Source: the human T2T-CHM13v2.0 reference genome, Homo sapiens | DNA: 64,000 nucleotides | Reading direction: 5' to 3' | NCBI GenBank assembly: GCA_009914755.4 | Contig: CP086569.2 | Span: forward strand, 2,272,001 to 2,336,000 | In this document: positions 59,896-64,000 of the stretch, piece after piece | How the letters are laid out: each line of letters starts with the position of its first letter | How positions within the stretch are numbered: the first letter of the stretch is position 1 | Notes under the pieces: model-generated | Told to the model about the DNA's origin: nothing | What the model saw: only the letters and a program-made list of their open reading frames with translations | Database searches by the model: none | Translations under genes and position numbers: made by a program

Positions 59896-61202
59896 ACAAA
59901 TGAAAAGGTTAAATGATGAAATTAATGTTATGGGTATTTTTCCACAACAACATGCTTCCCCACAGAAATCTCAGTGGAGAAGACAGGAGTGTGGCAGACC
60001 AACATGCTTCTGGAGCTCCACAAAGCTGTCCCTTTAATTGGCAGCACGCCTGGTAAAGGCTGTTTGCTTTGTGGACGTTGACCTCCACCTGCTGGCCCAG
60101 TGACTCCTGCTATCTTCATTTTGTCCAGTTCACCTCTCAGTCCCCAGAGCCGTACAACCATCTATAGGTTCTTGCTTCTCCCTTTTCCCCTAGAAGCATC
60201 TCCTGGGAATCACCCCTGACCAAAAGCCCCAGGCACCTCTCCAAGACCCCCTACAGAAGCCTAAACAGCCCTTACATTCATTGCCTTTGGACCTACCCGA
60301 AGTCAACAAGTTCCAAACTCGTCAGAAACTGGGAGGAGTCTCAGCCCCAAATCAATAGCAGCCGTTGTCAGCTCCTCCCAGCTCAAAGTCCCCCAGAGAT
60401 CGGTTCCCTGGTCTGAGTCAGGAACGAGAGACTGAAAAGCATGGGGATCTGGTGCTTTTTCTTCGTAGGGTTAGTCGCTTTCCCCACCAAAAAACCTACC
60501 AACTGAAAGATCACTGATTGGATGGGTCAACCAGCCTCAGCTACCAGATGTCTTTGAGATGGGGAGCCAGCCCCCTAAAGCTGAGTCTCTGTGTGTGGCT
60601 TCCAAATACCTGGTCCCCTGGGTGCAGACAGAAGAGAGGACGCAGAGGCTGGACATCTCCCAGAGGAGGGGGAGACTGGCTGGTCACCAGATAATCTTGC
60701 TTCCCTCTCTGATGTCATAGGAACATGAACAGACTTGGAGATGCTGATTGAAAGTACATGTCACCTGAAGGAGACATTGGTTCCAGAGCCATTAATTCCT
60801 AACCTCCTACCATACTCTCTGCATGGTGGAAGATGCCAGAACATTCTCAGAGCTTGAGAAAAAAGGGGAATTGAGAGAAGGGACGGGGGTCAAGAGATAG
60901 AGAAGGTGAGAGGAATGTGAGAGAAGCAGGGGACGGAGGAGAAGAGAGGAAGGATAACTCAGAAGCTCAGGTCTAACTTCACCCCACTCCCCTTAGGACC
61001 CCCCCACTCTAACTGTTGTTTCTGAGAGTTCCTGGGGGCCACCCATAAACAATGAGGTTAAATGTAAATGGAAGGGCAGGACTCTGTTGAAGTCTGCAGA
61101 AGGTACCCTGTTGGCTGCATAGTCACCAGCTCTCATGACCCAAAGAGGAGAGTGAGCAGGTGACTGGATCATCAGTGAGGGTAAATCTGGAAGACAGAAT
61201 TG

Positions 61203-61345
61203 GAGCCAGGTGCAGTGGCTCACAACTGTAACCCCAGCACCTTTGGAGGCCAAGGTAGAAGGAGCACTTGAGCCTCAGGAGTTTGAGACCAGCCTGGGCA
61301 ACATAGCCAGACCCTGTCTCTACAAATAATTTTTAAAAATTCATT
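61203..61345 (+). mobile_element. Alu left-monomer / FLAM-like fragment
   Basis: gccaggtgcagtggctcacaactgtaaccccagcacctttggaggccaaggtagaaggagcacttgagcctcaggagtttgagaccagcctgggcaacatagccagaccctgtctctacaaataattttt. Confidence 0.75.
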
Positions 61346-62378
61346 GAAGGATTTCTAAAGACCACTTGAGTGGTTTATGTCTCCTGGAGTCAGAACCCAG
61401 GGAGGATTTTTGCTGAAATACCAAAGCCGCAGGGAGCATGAATAGAGATGTTCAGACAGAAATTAAGTTTGAAGAAATAGACTTTGGCAGAGAGGCACGT
61501 GGCCACAGACAAGAACTCATCATGCATTCATTCTTTCACTCACTCAGCAAACATTAAATGGACTCTGTCTAACTGCATTTCCCTCTCTTGACAAGAGGGA
61601 TACATCGGAGAGAGACAGGCTGAAGGAATGTAGAGTTGATATTGGACCTGGGAGCTTTCCAAAGGCACTGTGCTCTCCTGTGCCCTTCTTCGCATCCCAG
61701 TCTCTACGATGTTGACCGTGTTCGTGGGTTTCACATTGCTGTTGACATACCAGAAAGAATATGCATGAACCACAGTGACAAATGTCATTCATAATCATTT
61801 TCAGCACAGAATAACCTACAGAAATGTCTTCTGTGTACCTTCCCCTGCAATATTTTGTGATTCTGATGCAACTGGAGACAAAACATCTCTTATCCATGGC
61901 CTCTCTTGAATCAATTTTATCTCCAATCTGCCTTTTCATGGGTACTCTAACAAGAAAGCAAACAAGGAAAGTTCAGCTGGTCTAGCAGTTCTGAGACAGC
62001 AAATTATCTCACTGTTGATGTGGACAAAGAGCCTCTTGCAGAAAGACTATACTTAACTCTGAGAATCTGGGTCCCAGCTTTTTTTTTTTTAATCCAGAGA
62101 GACGTAAATCTGAAAGAATCTGAGTCCCAGCCGAGCTGAGAGAGGAGTAAAATCACGGAGGCATGCCTCCACTCAGAACACATCATTATCGTGCTTTTAT
62201 ATGGAAGGCACAGCCATTCACTCATTGTCCGATAGACGTTTCCATTGAACGTTGGATCTCTTCAAACCAAGTGTCTGCAAACATGATGGGTTTTGCACTG
62301 ATGCTGAGGATGAATCCAACAGGAAAGATACAGAGAAACATCACATTGCACCCCAGAGACATATGCAATTATTGTTTA

Positions 62379-62723
<345 letters not shown>

Positions 62724-64000
62724 TCATTTTAATTATTTCTGCTTTAAGTTTATTATTTAAATGGTATCTCAAACGAAGAAGGCTGGCCACTCGTTCCCTC
62801 TTCTGTTACCCTATCATTGGAGGTTTTGTTCTTTGCCTTGGTATGTTGAGAGAACCCAGAGGTCTGTGAGTAAAATTCCGGGGTTTTGTCAACTCAGATG
62901 GGACAAAGTCTACATCTCTGGGTTCACTCACTTGTAACTGAAATTCAGCATTGCCTGTGGACATAGGCAACATCCCACAACAATGTTAGTCTTGCCTGTA
63001 GATTTCTCACCAACCATTATCACAAATACTTTCCTATCCCTGTACAGGAGTTGCAGATGAAATATCCTTTATGCTCATGACCACTTCAGCGTTACTGTGC
63101 ATCTTGGACCTGCCTCAAATTATTTTAATCTTATGAATATCTAATGCATTACTGTGTTTCCATTGCACAAAATAAAACAATGACTTAGCAGTTGCCCAGG
63201 CGAGGGGAACCACTTCCAACAGGTGGGACTAATCATTCAGGGTTTTCGAAAGTTCTCTGTGTAGTTGGATTTTAAGCTCCTGAGTTAATCTGATAGAACT
63301 TTCTCATCTGGTTTTAAGAAGTGTGGTTAATGGGGATCTCTTGACTGTAGAATCAGTTTTAAAACACCACATTTACTTCTGACAGTAGGTAAATTTTACC
63401 TTGGGCAGAATTGTATGGCCTTGGTGGTAGTTAGTATAAATTAGTATGAATTAACTTGGGCATATGTGAAAATTACTATAGCATAAATTAATGAAGGCCT
63501 ATGTGAAATTTTGCAATTATTTTCTATATTCACCTAAAATGGCATTGCACTGGAAATATAGTATGCTTCTTTTGTGATTTCTACATATCTCTGTTTTTTT
63601 CTCATATCAGATTCTACTTTACCCCTCAGTGACAGTCATTTTACACCCCTCTCTGTCTCAATGTCCGAGGCACCCTGGGACCATCCTGGCTGGAAGGCAT
63701 AGTGACATTGCTGGCCTGAGCTGAAGTGCCGATTAAAATAAATTGAAAGCTGAATTACCTTATGAACAGCTGCTTTACCCAGGAACAAATGTGGAGAGGA
63801 ACTCCTTGAAACTGTGTTCTCAAGTAGACCACTTTTGAGAAATTATACATTTATCATAACATCTCAAGTCCTGCTCTACATAGAATGACCATTATTATCA
63901 AGAAAAGTTCTCCATTCCCTGTAATTCATAAGGCAATGCAGGCCTAACCAGAAAACAGGAACTGCGACAACCTTGCATCAGACACATTCGATCTCTCTAT

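Overview
This is primate genomic DNA, almost certainly human. It carries about 45 Alu copies, several LINE-1 3' ends, MaLR/ERV LTRs and many microsatellites, and no bacterial-style gene content. The main feature is a CpG island (about 13200-14760) followed by five tandem ~3.9-kb units (about 15750-31560). Each unit carries a pair of mini-exons, A (45 nt) and B (69 nt), flanked by canonical splice signals. The mini-exons encode peptides such as 'ADFDLADAFRDGGN' and 'DPAPPNPPKPKPDPNPN', which match the modular extracellular exons of CD99 (MIC2) and XG as I remember those proteins. Inside the CpG island there is a CD99 exon-1 (signal-peptide) homologue, 'LGRGAVLALRLLGLLRRLVAAP' followed by a GT donor, in which the initiator ATG has become CTT. 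I therefore read the locus as the transcribed CD99 pseudogene CD99P1 (MIC2R) in pseudoautosomal region 1 (Xp22.33/Yp11). Individual units show different stages of exon decay: a mutated acceptor, a frameshift, an in-frame stop and a lost donor. Other notable structures are a ~570-bp (CT)n tract just downstream of the island, a ~4.3-kb satellite-like array (33590-37860) with a 28-29-bp subunit, a ~340-bp higher-order period and an internal ~240-bp inversion, and two (GGAT)n arrays in opposite orientation flanking the locus. All long ORFs in the supplied track lie in simple repeats, Alu elements or the GC-rich island and are not supported as genes.
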